This document shows, in pieces, positions 1-11,710 of a DNA stretch of 47,662 nt. Within the stretch, counting starts at the first letter, position 1. Every line of letters begins with the position of its first letter. Location: the NCBI RefSeq assembly GCF_004010195.1, contig NC_057753.1, forward strand, positions 8,167,998 to 8,215,659, given 5' to 3'. The stretch is from Chiloscyllium plagiosum (taxonomy: Eukaryota). Made by a program: the position numbers and the translations under genes. The notes beneath the pieces were generated by a model that made no database searches, had not been told where the DNA came from, and was given only the letters and a program-made list of their open reading frames with translations.

Positions 1-794
1 CAAACCTGGTTATCTGTCCGTTTTTTTTGTAGGTTCCTCAGTGTGTTGTTTATCCTATTGGTGAGCTGTGGGGTGGGGTCAAACTCCCTCTTTTGGTAGT
101 TGTTGGTATCTGCAAGTAGTTGTTGTGCTTTTTGGATGTGCTCTGCTTTGTCCAGGATAACCGTCATTTTGCCTTTGTCTGCTGGTAGTATGATTATGTT
201 GTTATCGTTTCTTAGTGATTTTACTGCTTCCCTCTCCTTGGTGTTGAGGTTATGTGTTTGTCTTTACCTTGTTATCAGGGGTACGATACTTTGTCTCACT
301 GTTTGTTGTGTCTCTTCTGTCAGTCCATTGTTCCTGAGTGTGCATTCTAGTGCTGCTAGGAAGTCTGCTGTCTTGGCGTCGCTGTGGTTGTAGTTGAGTC
401 CCTTGGCCAGTATTGTTCTTTCCGTGTCTGTGAGCTGTCTGTGGGAGAGGTTTTTAACCCAGGTGTGTGTTGTGGTGTCCTCTTTGTTGTGTGTTAGTTT
501 GGCCATTTTTTCTTTTAGTGCCGTTTTTTAGCGGTGTGTGGTCCTGTTCTGTCCTATGGTGACGGCCTGTTCTATGGTCCGGGTCCATTCACGATTAGTG
601 GTTTTTGAAATTAACGACTTTTGGCGCTCAATTTCTTGTTTGTACTTGTGGAGTCGGCTGTGCGCGTCTGTGATCATTACCAGGATCATCCTGAATCCGT
701 TCTGCTTGGCTGTTTCCCTGGTTTGTCGGTTATTGACTGGCGGTCTGTATCTGACACATTGTGGAAGGATTCGATTCTTTTGGCATTCATGCAC
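1..794 (-). mobile_element. Penelope-like retroelement, 5' part of ORF (N-terminal/pre-RT region), degraded, running off the left window edge
   Basis: Minus-strand ORF pieces 528..794 and 264..506 (WVKNLSHRQLTDTERTILAKGLNYN) are broken by a stop. The frame continues towards a PADKG-type motif (ctacca gcagacaaaggc on the minus strand near 169-190), typical of Penelope N-termini. Confidence 0.8.
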
Positions 795-1225
795 AAAACA
801 CTATATAGGACAAACAGGAAGACAGCTAACAATCCGCATACATGAACATCAACTAGCCACGAAACGACACGACCAGCTATCTTTAGTAGCCACACACGCA
901 GACAACAAGCAACATGAATTCGACTGGGACAACACTACTATCATAGGGCAAGCCAGGCAGAGAACAGCCAGGGAATTCCTAGAGGCATGGCATTCATCCA
1001 CACACTCCATCAACAAACACGTCGTCCTAGACCCAATATACCAACCACTACAGCGGACAGCTGAAACTGACAACCGGAAGCGGCACTGACACACCACTAT
1101 AAACACCGGAGGAAACACCACAGAAGCGCTTCGCAGGAGGCTCCCAAGCACTGATCATGTCGCCTAGCCAGGGGACGAAACGTTTGCAACAAAAACTTCC
1201 AGCTCGACGAACAGAACCACAACAA
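790..1225 (+). mobile_element. Penelope-like element 3' end (GIY-YIG endonuclease C-terminus and 3' UTR), inverted relative to 1-794
   Basis: Translation CTKHYIGQTGRQLTIRIHEHQLA...AREFLEAWHS is a GIY-YIG domain. Homology to the paralogous host intron resumes at about 1231. Confidence 0.85.
1148..1187 (+). ncRNA. Minimal hammerhead ribozyme-like motif, core-mutated
   Basis: gca-CTGATCA-t-GTCGCCT-agcc-AGGGGAC-GAAA-CGTT-tgc. Stem I is gca/tgc and stem II has one mismatch. CTGATCA replaces the consensus CUGANGA. Confidence 0.6.
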
Positions 1226-1440
1226 TTACAAGAATATTAACGCAGGGACGTTTTATATCCCCAAGTGGATTGAAAGAGAGGTACAAGCTCTGCCTGAACT
1301 CTCAGCAGAGTAACGTGCAGTTGGTGTGTGGCTCTGCAATGAAGTTCACATTACTCATAATCCTGTCTCATGGCACAATACCTTCATTAGCCATTTCCAA
1401 CAGCGTCTTACCTCCATAAAGAAAAAAAAACCTTCATCTT

Positions 1441-1795
1441 GGGCGGCACGGTGGCACAGTGGTTAGCACTGCTGCCTCACAGCGCCAGAGACCCGGGTTC
1501 AATTCCCGACTCAGGCAACTGACTGTGTGGAGTTTGCACATTCTCCGTGTCTGCGTAGGTTTCCTCCGGGTGCTCCGGTTTCCTCCCACAATCCAAAAAT
1601 GTGCGGGTCAGGTGAATTGGCCATGCTAAATTGCCCGTAGTGTCAGGTTAAAGGAGTAAATGTAGGGGTATGGGTGGGTTGCGCTTCGGCGGGTCGGTGT
1701 GGACTTGTTGGGCTGAAGGGCCTGTTTCCACACTATAAGTAATCTAATCTAATCTAATCTAATCTAATCTAATCTAATCTAATCTAATCTAATCT
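1441..1795 (+). mobile_element. tRNA-derived V-SINE (HE1-like), full length, with (AATCT)11 tail
   Basis: A box TGGCACAGTGG, B box GGTTCAATTCC, V-domain tgtggagtttgcacattctcc...ggtttcctcccaca, tail 1741-1795. Absent at the paralogous site near 39090. Confidence 0.92.
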
Positions 1796-2592
1796 AAAAA
1801 AATTCCTCCGAGATATGTCATGCTAAAAATCTTTATCTTTGCTGCTCACGACGAGAAAAGCATGTTGAAGTGCAATCTGTCTATAATGGGTAATGGAGCT
1901 TTGAGGAACTACGTGAAGCAGTCTATCTGTGCAACGTTTGCTCGATTTGTCACGTTGGAGCATCAAGGACCACCACTTGCCACTGTACAAGTGACTTGCG
2001 GGTTTGAATGTCCTCCTCCTGTTCCGGTCTAAATGTCTTTGAAAGACATCCCGCTATTTCTGTGTAAGGGACAACAGGTGCAGAACGACCACACCCCCTT
2101 CTCCACCCCATCGATCTTCCAGGAGTTTCTGTGGGGTAGTATGGCTTCTTTTTGGCCCGTGGGACAATTTCAGTTATCTAATTGCCGTATGCTGCCTCTT
2201 CCTGTTAAACAGCTCGATGAGCTGTCCAGACTCCTTCTCTTTCCAAATGGGTAGTAGGGACTGACTGGGCTATCCACTTTCTTGAGCAATCGTTTTCATT
2301 GGAAGAATAGCTTCCACGTGGTCCTGAGAAAGCAGATTGAAGCGCTCAATTAGCTCCTCTTCTTACTGTAGAAATTTTGGATGGATAGAATTCAATTTGG
2401 ATGTATGTTACCAACACGTTAACAGCTCAAGGTTTAATGTTGTGCAGGTTTGGCTGCACATGGTCATAGATTGCCCTGATACTTAAGGTGTGACAAATTG
2501 TTGTAAACATCATGTAATCGTCAATGACTATCCCAACTTCTGACTTTATGATGGGATGAAAAATATTGATGAAACAGTTGAAGATACTTTGT

Positions 2593-2880
2593 GGGCGGCA
2601 CGGTGGCACAGTGGTCAGCCCTGCTGCCTCACAGCACCAGAGACCCGGATTCAATTCCCGCCTCAGGCGACTGACTGTGTGGAGTTTGCACGTTCTCCCC
2701 GTGTCTGCGTGAGTTTCCTCCGGGTGGTCCGGTTTCGTCCCATAGTCCAAAGATGTGCAGGTTAGGTGAATTGGCCATACTAAATTGCCCGTTGTGTTAG
2801 GTAAGGGGAAAATGTCGGGATATGGTTGGGTTGCGCTTCAGCGGGTCGGTGTGCCTGTTTCCACACTGTAATGTAATGTA
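2593..2880 (+). mobile_element. tRNA-derived V-SINE (HE1-like)
   Basis: Same head, body and tail sequence as 1441 with small deletions. Absent at the paralogous site near 38288. Confidence 0.9.
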
Positions 2881-4983
2881 AAATCTATTGAGAATGCTGA
2901 GAATGCTGCACTGAGTAACTGCTGCAGTGATGTCCCGCGACTGAGATTGCGGAAGCCTGTAGGCCACAAACATCTTAGTGGAGACATTATCGTTAATTCC
3001 ATTCAATTCAGCTTTGTTGAAGTTGTATGCTATTATACCAGTTAAACACATCTTGATACGAGGGCCAGTCACTCTTACTCGAATCCTTGTGTTCACCATG
3101 TCAGTCGTTCATGGTGTCTGTGCGAGTCATGTTGTCTTCTCACGTCGAAAATGATCATCACGAATTGTTTGTTCCACATAGTTAGGGATGTTCTTTAATT
3201 ATTTTATCCTCTTAAACATTTTGACCCGTCAGAAGCTGAAACGCATTGGGCAGGAAAGATGAGTTGAAGGGTACAGCACATAAACTATGATCGTATTAAA
3301 TAGGATGGCAGGTTTATGGGATAACTGGCAGCTTCCTTTTTTTAAAATAAGCTCCCATATTCAGTTTTTGGATTTAACGGATATTGTTTTCCTTGAATTT
3401 TTAAAAAGGAATGTAACAGTCAGGCAGAAAAGAGAATTTTGTGAGCGATCTCAGGGTGAGGAGTAAGGCTGCATTCACATTGAATCTGGATCTGCAACAT
3501 GATCAAAAACAAAATGCAGTGCAGCTAAGTCAAGCTCTGCGAAGCGAATTGAGAGAGCTCTTTCATACCCAGCCTGGATTTTCCAAGAATATTTTCCAAT
3601 CCGTAACATGCCATGTAAGATTGCATTGAGGGGTTGAATATTCTCCTCTCTTCCTGTGTGTAACGCAACGGGCCTCCATCTGCTCCTATGTGGCAGATGT
3701 GAGGGGCAGAATTGAATATGGCAAAATCAGACTAATGTGCGGGGCTAATGAATCATTAGACACTTTGTCCCTGTATCATTGGATACGAAGACCGTGGCTT
3801 CAAACAATTTTCCATTCTGTATCCCATTATGCTTGACTCACCTGTCTGTCAAATACCTTATTAACGGAATGCAAACACCCAAATGTTCAGGCACCACCAA
3901 CTTATCAGAAGGAGAATTCTGACACGAATTATCTTTATTTGAATTTCTCCTCATTCCTGTTTTGAATGGGTTTGCGGACCAGTGTTTCTTTTCCTATTCC
4001 ATCCCCTCCCCTGGAAGCAAAAGAATCGAATCATAAGCTGATTGGTGATATAGTTAATTTATATATGTCTCAGCTGGCGTCAGAGCCCCTGTTCAGAAAA
4101 AGTCAGGCACCTTAATTTAATCCATAAAAAACTAGTGCATTCCCAAAACAAAGGTATTGAAAAACTCTGGACAAATGAATAATAAACAGTTTGGACATTG
4201 CAAATATGCAATTGAATATTTTCCTTCTAATTATTACTGAGACACAAAACCAAGTGCATGCATACAAACACCGATGTACTCAAATGGATAGACACACACA
4301 CGTCTCAAGAGAAGCAAAACCAAATGGCAACTCTGCAGAACGTCCACTCGAAAGAACATTGACTAAGGAGTGGGGTTATTCCAACGAATCGTTGACAGCT
4401 TTCAGCTCTCACAATGCCGTGAGAGGTAATGAAGAACGAGACGGAGCAATTGGCCTTTGCTCTCAGATAGTTTACGTTTCCTCTCCCTCTGAGTTGAAAT
4501 ATACAGTGATGTTATCCGATCCCCACGGCTTTGAACATTCTCTGCTTTTAATTACTCCTTCGTATTTCCCTGCGATGTGTACTTGCATTGTTGCGGCTGT
4601 TGTACCCAGTTCCCAATGATGAGTAAAATTTGCATCCACTGCATAATTTGATAACAGTCTGATATATGCCATGCAATTTTTAAACAATTGCGTCACACTT
4701 TGAATGATCAGATTAGGCCGGAGGTAAAGGCCTTTCTGAAACATGAGCTGTCGAACCTAGGTACGTGACCTGTGGAAGACCAGGGCAAGACTTTCGGTAA
4801 TATGCACTTCGAAGGTCAGATAATCTTACTGCATCATGCTAATGCTTGGAACAGAATGGGAAAATTCAACAAAGGCAAACAACATAAGTCAAATCAGAGT
4901 GTGGTTTCGAAAAATGATAGATATTGCAGAAATCTGAGATTATTGAGAAATTTCCGATTCAGAAATTTCTGTCCCACTGTACA

Positions 4984-6704
4984 AGAATGGTAGTAGGGAT
5001 ATTCCGGGTAACTGCAGACCAGTGAGCCTGACGTCAGTGGTGGGCAAGTTGCTGGAGAGGATACTGAGGGATAAGATATGTTTATATTTGGAAAGGAATG
5101 AGCTTATCAGTGATGGGCAACATGATTTCGTGCGGGGGGAATCGTGCCTTACCAACTTGATAGAGTTCTCTTAAGCAGTGACTAAGTTGTTAGATGAAGG
5201 AAGGGCTGTCGATGTCGCATACATGGAATTTAGCAAGGCGTTTGATAAGGTTCCCCATTGTAGACGAACGGAGAAAGTGAAGTCTCATGGGGTGCAGCGT
5301 GTTCTAGCTAGGTGGATAAAGAACTGATTGAGCAATAGGAGACAGAGAGCAGTGGTTTAATGGAGTTTCTCGAAATGGAGAAAGGTGACCAGCGGTTCAT
5401 CCACAGGGGTCAGTATTGGGGCCACTGTTGTTTGTAATATACAAAAATGATCTAGAAGAGGGCACTGTTGGTATGATCAGCAAGTTTGCAGATGTCACAA
5501 AGTTTGGTGGAGAAGCAGAAAGCAAACGGGACTGTCAGAGAATACAGGAGGATATAAACATACTGGAGAGGGCGGCACGGTGGCACAGTGGTTAGCACTG
5601 CTGCCTCACTGCTCCAGAGACCTGGGTTCAATTCCCGACTCAGGCGACTGACTGTGTGGAGTTTGCACGTTCTCCCCGTGTCTGCGTGGGTTTCCTCCGG
5701 GTGCTCTGGTTTCCTCCCACAGTCCAAAGATGTGCAGGTCAGGTGAATTGGCCATGCTAAATTGCCAGTAGTGTTAGGTAAAGGGTAAATGTAGGGGGTA
5801 TGGGTGGGTTGCGCTTCGCTGGGGCGGTGTGGACTTGTTGGACCGAAGGGCCTGTTTCCACACTGTAAGAAATCTAATCTAATCTAATTAGAGTTGGACG
5901 GAAAAGTGACAGATGGCTTTCAATCCAGACAAATATGAAGCGATGCATTTAGGCAAGCTTAATTCGGGAGAGCCTTGAAAAACGTTGATGGCCAGATAGA
6001 TCTGGGAATGCAGGTCCATTGTACCCTACAGTTTTCTGCACAGGTGGATAGAGTGGTCCAGAAGACATATTGTTGGCTTGCCTTCATCGGACGGGGTAAT
6101 GAGTATAAGAGCTGGGAAGTCATGTTAAAATTTTACAAGGCATTAGTTTGGCTGCATTTAGAATACTGTGAGCAGTTCTGGGCACCACGTTACCAAAAGG
6201 ACGTGGACGCTTTGGAGAGGGTGCAGAGAAGGTTTACGAGAATGTTGCCTGGTGTGGAAGGTGCTGGCTATGAAGAGAGGTTGAGTAGGTTAGGTTTATT
6301 TTCACTAGAAAAATGGGATGGACAGTAGATCTGATTGAGGTTAACAAATTCATGAAGGGTATAGACAGGATGGATAGAGACAAGCTTATTCCCAGGGTAG
6401 GAATCAATAACGAGTGGTCATGCTTTCAAGGTGAGAGGTGGAATATTTAAGGGGATACCCGCGGTAAGTACTTTACACAGAGGGTGGTGGGCGTTTGGAG
6501 CACGATGCCAGCAGAGGTGGTAGAAGCAGGCACGGTAGATTCATTTAGCATACGTCTGGACAAATGCATGAGGAGGTGGGGATCAAATGGATACCGATGC
6601 TTAGGAATGGACTGACAGGTTTATACATTACACTTGGATCAGCTCAGGTTGGGAGGGCTGAAGGGTCTGTTCCTGGGCTGTAAATTTTCTTTGTTCTTTG
6701 TTCT
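4984..6704 (+). mobile_element. CR1 (HER1-like) LINE, 5'-truncated, degraded RT and 3' UTR, interrupted by a SINE
   Basis: RT motifs RPVSLTSVVGK, QGSVLGP, KFAD and LERVQRRFTRMLPG (ORF 5975..6328), with a (TTCTTTG)n tail at about 6686-6704. Confidence 0.9.
5570..5888 (+). mobile_element. tRNA-derived V-SINE (HE1-like) nested in CR1
   Basis: Full head, body and (AATCT)n tail. The empty site ctggagagttggacg is at about 34796. Confidence 0.92.
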
Positions 6705-7010
6705 AGAAAAGAAAGAAAAAGAAACTAATGAGGAAATCAAAGTGAGTACACGAATGGAAACCAAAAACACAAAAACTGACGAAACGCTTGTATGGATATT
6801 GAAATAAGTGGCAAGCAAAATCAGATGTGGAAACTTTATAGACAGGGGTAAGGAGGGATGCTGCAGAGACAGGACAATAGCAGTGAAACTAACCAGTTAC
6901 TTTGTATCTGTCTTCATGTAGGTAGAATCAGAAAACTTCCCTGATAACCAAGTGTTCACATGATCTTTGTGTAATTAAACAGAGAAATTCAATGATATCC
7001 CCCTAGAACG

Positions 7011-7640
7011 CACATCATCTATTGCATCCGCTGCACCCGATGTGGCCTCCTCTATATTGGGGAGACAGGCCGCCTACTTGTGGAGCGTTTCAGAGAACAC
7101 CTCTGGGACACCGGACCAACCAACCCAACCACTCTGTGGCTCAACACTTCAACCTCCCCCTCCTAATTCACCAAGGATATGCAGGTCTTTGGACTCGTCC
7201 ATCGCCAGACCACAACGATACGACGGTTGGAGGAAGAGTGCCTCATCTTCCGCGTAGGAACCCTCCAACCACAAGGGATGAACTCGGATTTCACCAGTTT
7301 CCTCATTTCCCCTCCCCCCACCTTGTCTCAGTTAAATCCATCGAACTCAGCACCGCCTTCCTAACCTGCAATCTTCTTCCTGACCTCTCTGCCCCAACCC
7401 AGTCTGACCTATCACCCTCACCTTGACCTCTTTCCACCTATCGCATTTCCAACGCCCCTCCCCCAAGTCCCTCCTCCCTACCTTTTATCTTAGCCCGCTG
7501 GACGCACTTTCCTCATTCCTGAAGAAGGGCTTATGCCCGAAACGTCGATTCTCCTGTTCCCTGGATGCTGCCTGACCTGCTGCTCTGTTCCACCAACACA
7601 TTTCCAGCTCTTATCTCCAGCATCTGCATACCTCACTTTC
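7011..7640 (+). mobile_element. Penelope-like element 3' fragment (GIY-YIG, 3' UTR with hammerhead), 13-bp TSD
   Basis: Translation HIIYCIRCTRCGLLYIGETGRLLVERFREH...LIFRVGTLQPQGMN. TSD tccccctagaacg at 6998-7010 and 7641-7653. Confidence 0.9.
7519..7546 (+). ncRNA. Minimal hammerhead ribozyme core (Penelope-type)
   Basis: CTGAAGA-A-GGGC-TTAT-GCCC-GAAA-CGTC: intact CUGANGA and GAAA boxes, perfect stem II and a GUC cleavage triplet. Confidence 0.75.
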
Positions 7641-7645
7641 TCCCC

Positions 7646-9247
7646 CTAGAACGTTAAAGGCAAACTAATTGAATAATTTGAGTTATACACAGCCAGGATG
7701 GCAAACACATTGGGACTAAGACTTGTGTTGGATTGATTTGGTATATGCAGTGCAGGAGCAACGGACAGTGGCACAAAATGCCAATGTGATTGACCAGAAC
7801 TCCAAAAATACAATGGAAAAATAAATGATAAAACAGAGAAACCCGAGACTAAATGAACACAGTCATTACAGTGCCAGAGGACCATATGTTTCATTAGAAA
7901 GAGACCTCTCATGGTGGTTTAACCTGATGGTCATCAGGCCTCGGCTGCAGGGCTGGGTTGAGAAACCGGGGGCTTCATGGTAACCTCTGTCACTGTGGAA
8001 ATAGAACCTGCCTTGTTGGCCGCCATCTACATCACAAAGCATCCGTGTAGCCAACCGAACAAGTACAGCGTGAAACTGCTAGTGGTAATAAATAAAAATA
8101 GACAAAGGGCAACAGAAACTTCGATGAGCAGGCCACAAGACAAATAACTTGGAAAGTAATAGCTGAATACAAAATAAGGGAATACCTAGAATTTATATGT
8201 TATAATTAAATGTAATATGCGAATGGTGTCATTGGTTCAATAAAAAAAAGTGGCACGTGTCTCACACACAGAACAACTATTACAATTGGATATTGATTTT
8301 CCGAAAATAATTACAAGCATAAAAGTATGAAGCTGCGATAATGTGTTGTTTGGAGTATCCGTTTTTAACGTAGTGAAATGGCTTCCGAGAATGTGCTTGA
8401 AGAAAACCGTTGGAAAATGTGCCTGAGTGATATCTGTTCAGTGACAGGAACCCAGGAGGTTGAATGACTGAAATATTCCTATAACACGGAGGCAAGGACC
8501 CAATCAGATCAGCCACAATCTTATTGTGTGCTGGAGCAGGTTTGAGGGGCAGAATGGTCTTATGTTTGATTTGGATCGTAAGTCGCTCTGTTCTCTGAAA
8601 GAGAGAAAAATGACACTGGTCCTCGAGTTGCATACTCGAGTACTGGTCTTTTCCTGAACCTGTGAATTCTCTGCAACATCATTTGAATCAATTTAGAAAT
8701 GACACTCTCTTAAACATTTTATAACTGAGAATTAGTAATCAACATCCTCTGGTACATTCTAACACTGACAATATTTTGGAAAGACCGGACGTCTGTTAAG
8801 TCTTCGAAAGTTAAGTTTGTGAGGGAAGACAGTCCGTTGAAGGCAGAAGGAAACATTGGTTCGAAGTCACCTCAGGCTGTATACGGAGTAATTAACATTT
8901 TTTAAACAGCATTCACATGTCTTCACAACAGACGATCGATCAGCATTTAGACCCTCAAACAGAAATTTGCAAATGTCGTGTTCTTCAAGTAACAGGGACA
9001 GAACACCTCAGGACTGTAATGCTTTCACCTTGCGTATGAGGATCTGTAAACAAGTGAAATGTGGCTGTTTTCACGTGATCAGATCTCTGAACGGTTTCTG
9101 GAAATAGTCTGTTCTTGCACAGGAGTGTCTGGTTGTTTGGAGAGTGAATTTATCTCGTGTTTTACTTAATGTTTCTGTGAGTAATTCAGAACTGCAGCTC
9201 TAATTATTTCCACAACTCTCTGAACGCACTGTCTCATTTTAATATCT
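7646..9247 (+). repeat. GPCR intron 3' paralogous block, direct copy 23864-24859 and inverted copy 25360-26384 plus 29526-30360
   Basis: 8625 gagttgcatact matches 24848-24859. 9198-9247 is the reverse complement of 25360-25410. Confidence 0.92.
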
Positions 9248-9321
9248 CACGAGATCCTCAATCAAACTGCTAATTCGACCTCCAAGCTGATGTTTAATTT
9301 GTTTGTTTTCCTTCCTCACAG

Positions 9322-10217
9322 TTAACGTAGTAACGATCTGTGTCCTGGTTTATAAAGATTGTGGATTGTCTCCATGCGTCAGCCGTTACCTCGTGGCCAT
9401 GGCAGTGGCGGATCTACTGGTCATTATCATTGACCTGATATTGAGACAAATTCCAATTGTTTATTGGGAACAGTTTTATTTCCTGTGGTCAATCCGCGTG
9501 TGCAATATCCACGCTGTCCTGCTTTATGCAGCCACTGACTGTTCTGTCTGGTTCACTGTTACTTTCACATTCGATCGATTTGTGGCGATTTGTTGCCAGA
9601 AGCTGAAGAGTAAATATTGCAGTGACAAAACAGCACGTATGGTCCTCGGAACGGTGACCGTGATGAGCTTTTTGAAGAACATTTTCTGGTATTTTATGCT
9701 CTCAGATCATTATCGGCTTGTGAACCTCCCCTGGTTTTGTGATGTACCAAGCGATGTTTATGAGTCTCGGTTCTGGGTCACAGTCGAGTTCCTCCATCAC
9801 ATTCTCACCCCATCTCTCCCATTTCTCCTGATTCTGTTGTTCAATGTTTTCACGGTCAGGCACATTTTAGTGACCAGCAGAGCCCGCAGGAGACTCCGGG
9901 CTCACACCAATGGGGACGTTCAACGCGACACAGAAATGCAAAATCGAAAAAAATCTATCACATTATTGTTTGTGATCTCGGCCAACTTCATCCTATTATG
10001 GTTCTCATCAATGCTGTATACTCTATGGTACCGCATGTGGTACTTGGGATATATGTTTTTGTACCTACATTGGTTTGTTTTGGAATTGGGCTTCATGCTA
10101 CAGCTTCTCAGTTGCAGCACAAACACTGCAATTTATGCCGTGACACAGAAGAAGTTCAGGCAACAGCTGAAGAATGTACTGAAATGTTCAAATTCACCAA
10201 TAAATCGTAATCACTAA
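9322..10217 (+). CDS. Class A GPCR, GPR139/GPR142-like family, coding exon 2 (end of TM1 to stop)
   Basis: Open frame with YLVAMAVADLLV (TM2), C-x25-FDRFVAICC (TM3), ECL2 PWFC, TM5 LPFLLILLFN, TM6 ISANFILLW and TM7 SCSTNTAIY followed by helix 8 KKFRQQL. The polypyrimidine acceptor ttttccttcctcacag ends at 9321 and is phase 1, matching the paralogous exon 1 donor. The family assignment is from recall, not a search. Confidence 0.88.
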
Positions 10218-10430
10218 TTAATCAATCATTTCAGAATTCTCTCATTTCGATTTATTTCTCAAGAATAATGCAGGCTGTCCCTTTGGTAACAGGATTAGCA
10301 TCGGTCTGGCTTGTCCAAGCATATCACATGGTTCCACGGGCACATTTCAATGTTATTCTCATTTCAGAAGCCAATGAGAAAAGGCACGATTTGACTTTCT
10401 GACTCCTATTTGTAAATGATATAAATGCTC

Positions 10431-10436
10431 ATTAAA
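10431..10436 (+). promoter_or_regulatory. Candidate polyadenylation signal ATTAAA for GPCR unit 1
   Basis: ATTAAA lies 214 bp after the stop and is followed by a GT/T-rich tract at about 10456-10481. Confidence 0.3.
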
Positions 10437-10892
10437 AAGTGTGAAACACCAGAACTTGGTATTGTGTCATTTGTCTTTTTGCTGAAGAAGCTAAACTGGA
10501 GAGAGACAGATTCAGCACTAGTCCTGCCCCTTGGGGAAGGGGAAGTGACCAGGCTGTGCTGAGCAGATCTATTTCAGTAACTCTGTTCTTTCTTTCCCCC
10601 TGGTGTCGCAAACTGCAAGCTCTCCATTAAAATCTCCCTTCCAACCCATCTCTGTCCCACATTTGAACCTTCTCTGTCTCTCTCACTCTTTCCAGCTGTG
10701 ACCGTCGTGGAATTTTCTCATTCCCCTTTAATGTTTCTCCCTCTACCCGTTTTCATCACACGCTGTCCACCCTGCAGTCCCTATCGCAGTCGCTCAATCC
10801 AAATTTCATTACTCTCTCCATACATCTCTTCCTTTGAAATTCTTTCTCTATTTCCTTCCTTTCATGTTTCTCCATCATTGTTCTCTCCTTCT

Positions 10893-11033
10893 TTGGGGAC
10901 ATTTAAGAGACTGCTGGACATGCATATGGTCACAGAAATTTGAGGGTGCATACATGAGGATCAGTGGTCGGCACAACATCGTGGGATGAAGGTCCTGTTC
11001 TGTGCTGTACTGTTCTATGTTCTGTGTTCTATG
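10893..11033 (+). mobile_element. CR1 LINE 3' end stub
   Basis: tcggcacaacatcgtggg...aaggtcctgttctgtgctgtactgttctatgttc is the same tail type as 45238-45295. Confidence 0.8.
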
Positions 11034-11525
11034 TTTAGCAATTACACAGCACGGGTCACATATCCAGCAATATTCATACACATCCGTCCGCATCCAGACC
11101 AACAAAAATCGATTTTATGCTGTGGCTTAAATTTCCCTTAACTCGAAATCATCTCCTACTTGTTAATTATTGCAATCCGCAACACCTACTTTCTGCACCC
11201 CGCCGTGATGCATCTTGATCAACAGTGCCCACTTCATTCGCCTGCCTATGTGATGATCTCCAATTCCTCGACAAACCTTCATTTTATTCAAAATGATAAC
11301 GTTCTGAGATTCACTAGCGTTTTTCTTCCCCGAAAGCGCTTTATTACAGCTCGTTTAGTTATTCCCTTTCCAGTTGTAATTCATTCAACGACTCTGAACT
11401 AAAGTATACGTTTTGTCTTTCACAAGTTCTTGCCTTTCTTTTCATCAAATATTTTATGTAATATTGTTTCTTATAATTGCATTCAAACCCCTTTATTTGT
11501 CCTCACTGATGTTCCCTACAATTTG

Positions 11526-11710
11526 GCGGCGGCATGGTGGCTCAGTGGTTCAAACTGTTGCCTCAGAATAGCAGGAAGCTGAGTTCAATTTCTGCCTCAG
11601 GCAACAGGCTGCGTGGTGTTTGCGCACTATTCCCATGTCTGTGCATGTTTTTTTCTGGGTGCTGCAGTTTGCTCCTACAATCCAAAAGTGTGCAGGTTTT
11701 GTGAATGGAC
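11526..11710 (+). mobile_element. Diverged V-SINE 5' half, truncated where the CR1 begins
   Basis: ggcggcatggtggctcagtggtt...gagttcaatttctgcctcaggc...tgtgcagg. Confidence 0.75.

Larger units (their letters stand above)
1231..2950 (+). repeat. GPCR intron paralogous block, inverted copy at about 38235-39305
   Basis: For example 1255 tatccccaagtggattgaaagagag is the reverse complement of about 39258-39282, and 2921 gctgcagtgatgtcccgcgactgagattg matches about 38234-38262. Confidence 0.9.
2921..6997 (+). repeat. GPCR intron paralogous block, direct copies at about 15388-18790 and (from 4658) 33893-35930
   Basis: Long collinear similarity. The spurious ORFs 4772..4993 and 17629..17853 are near-identical, and gtgacctgtggaagaccagggcaagactttcggtaatatgcacttcgaagg occurs near 4765, 17622 and 34000. 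Confidence 0.92.

Noticed and set aside
1441..1515. tRNA genes at SINE heads (also 2593, 5570, 40518)
   Set aside because: A and B boxes are present, but each continues into a SINE body and tail and there is no complete cloverleaf.
2427..2750. MDxGRKPEHPEETHADTGRTCKLHT ORFs (also 5452, 40385, 30079)
   Set aside because: Antisense translations of the SINE.
4191..4993. Recurrent short ORFs apparently conserved in several places (4472/17329/33809, 4772/17629, 18804/35948, 15182/42593)
   Set aside because: The similarity comes from segmental duplication. Stops and frameshifts differ between copies and no protein motifs are recognisable.
9303..9321. TTG-initiated single-exon GPCR as given in the ORF track
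   Set aside because: The first 19 nt are a polypyrimidine tract and AG acceptor, and TM1 is incomplete without exon 1.
10199..10204. AATAAA as the GPCR poly(A) signal
   Set aside because: It lies inside the last codons, upstream of the stop, so it is an unlikely signal for a normal mRNA.
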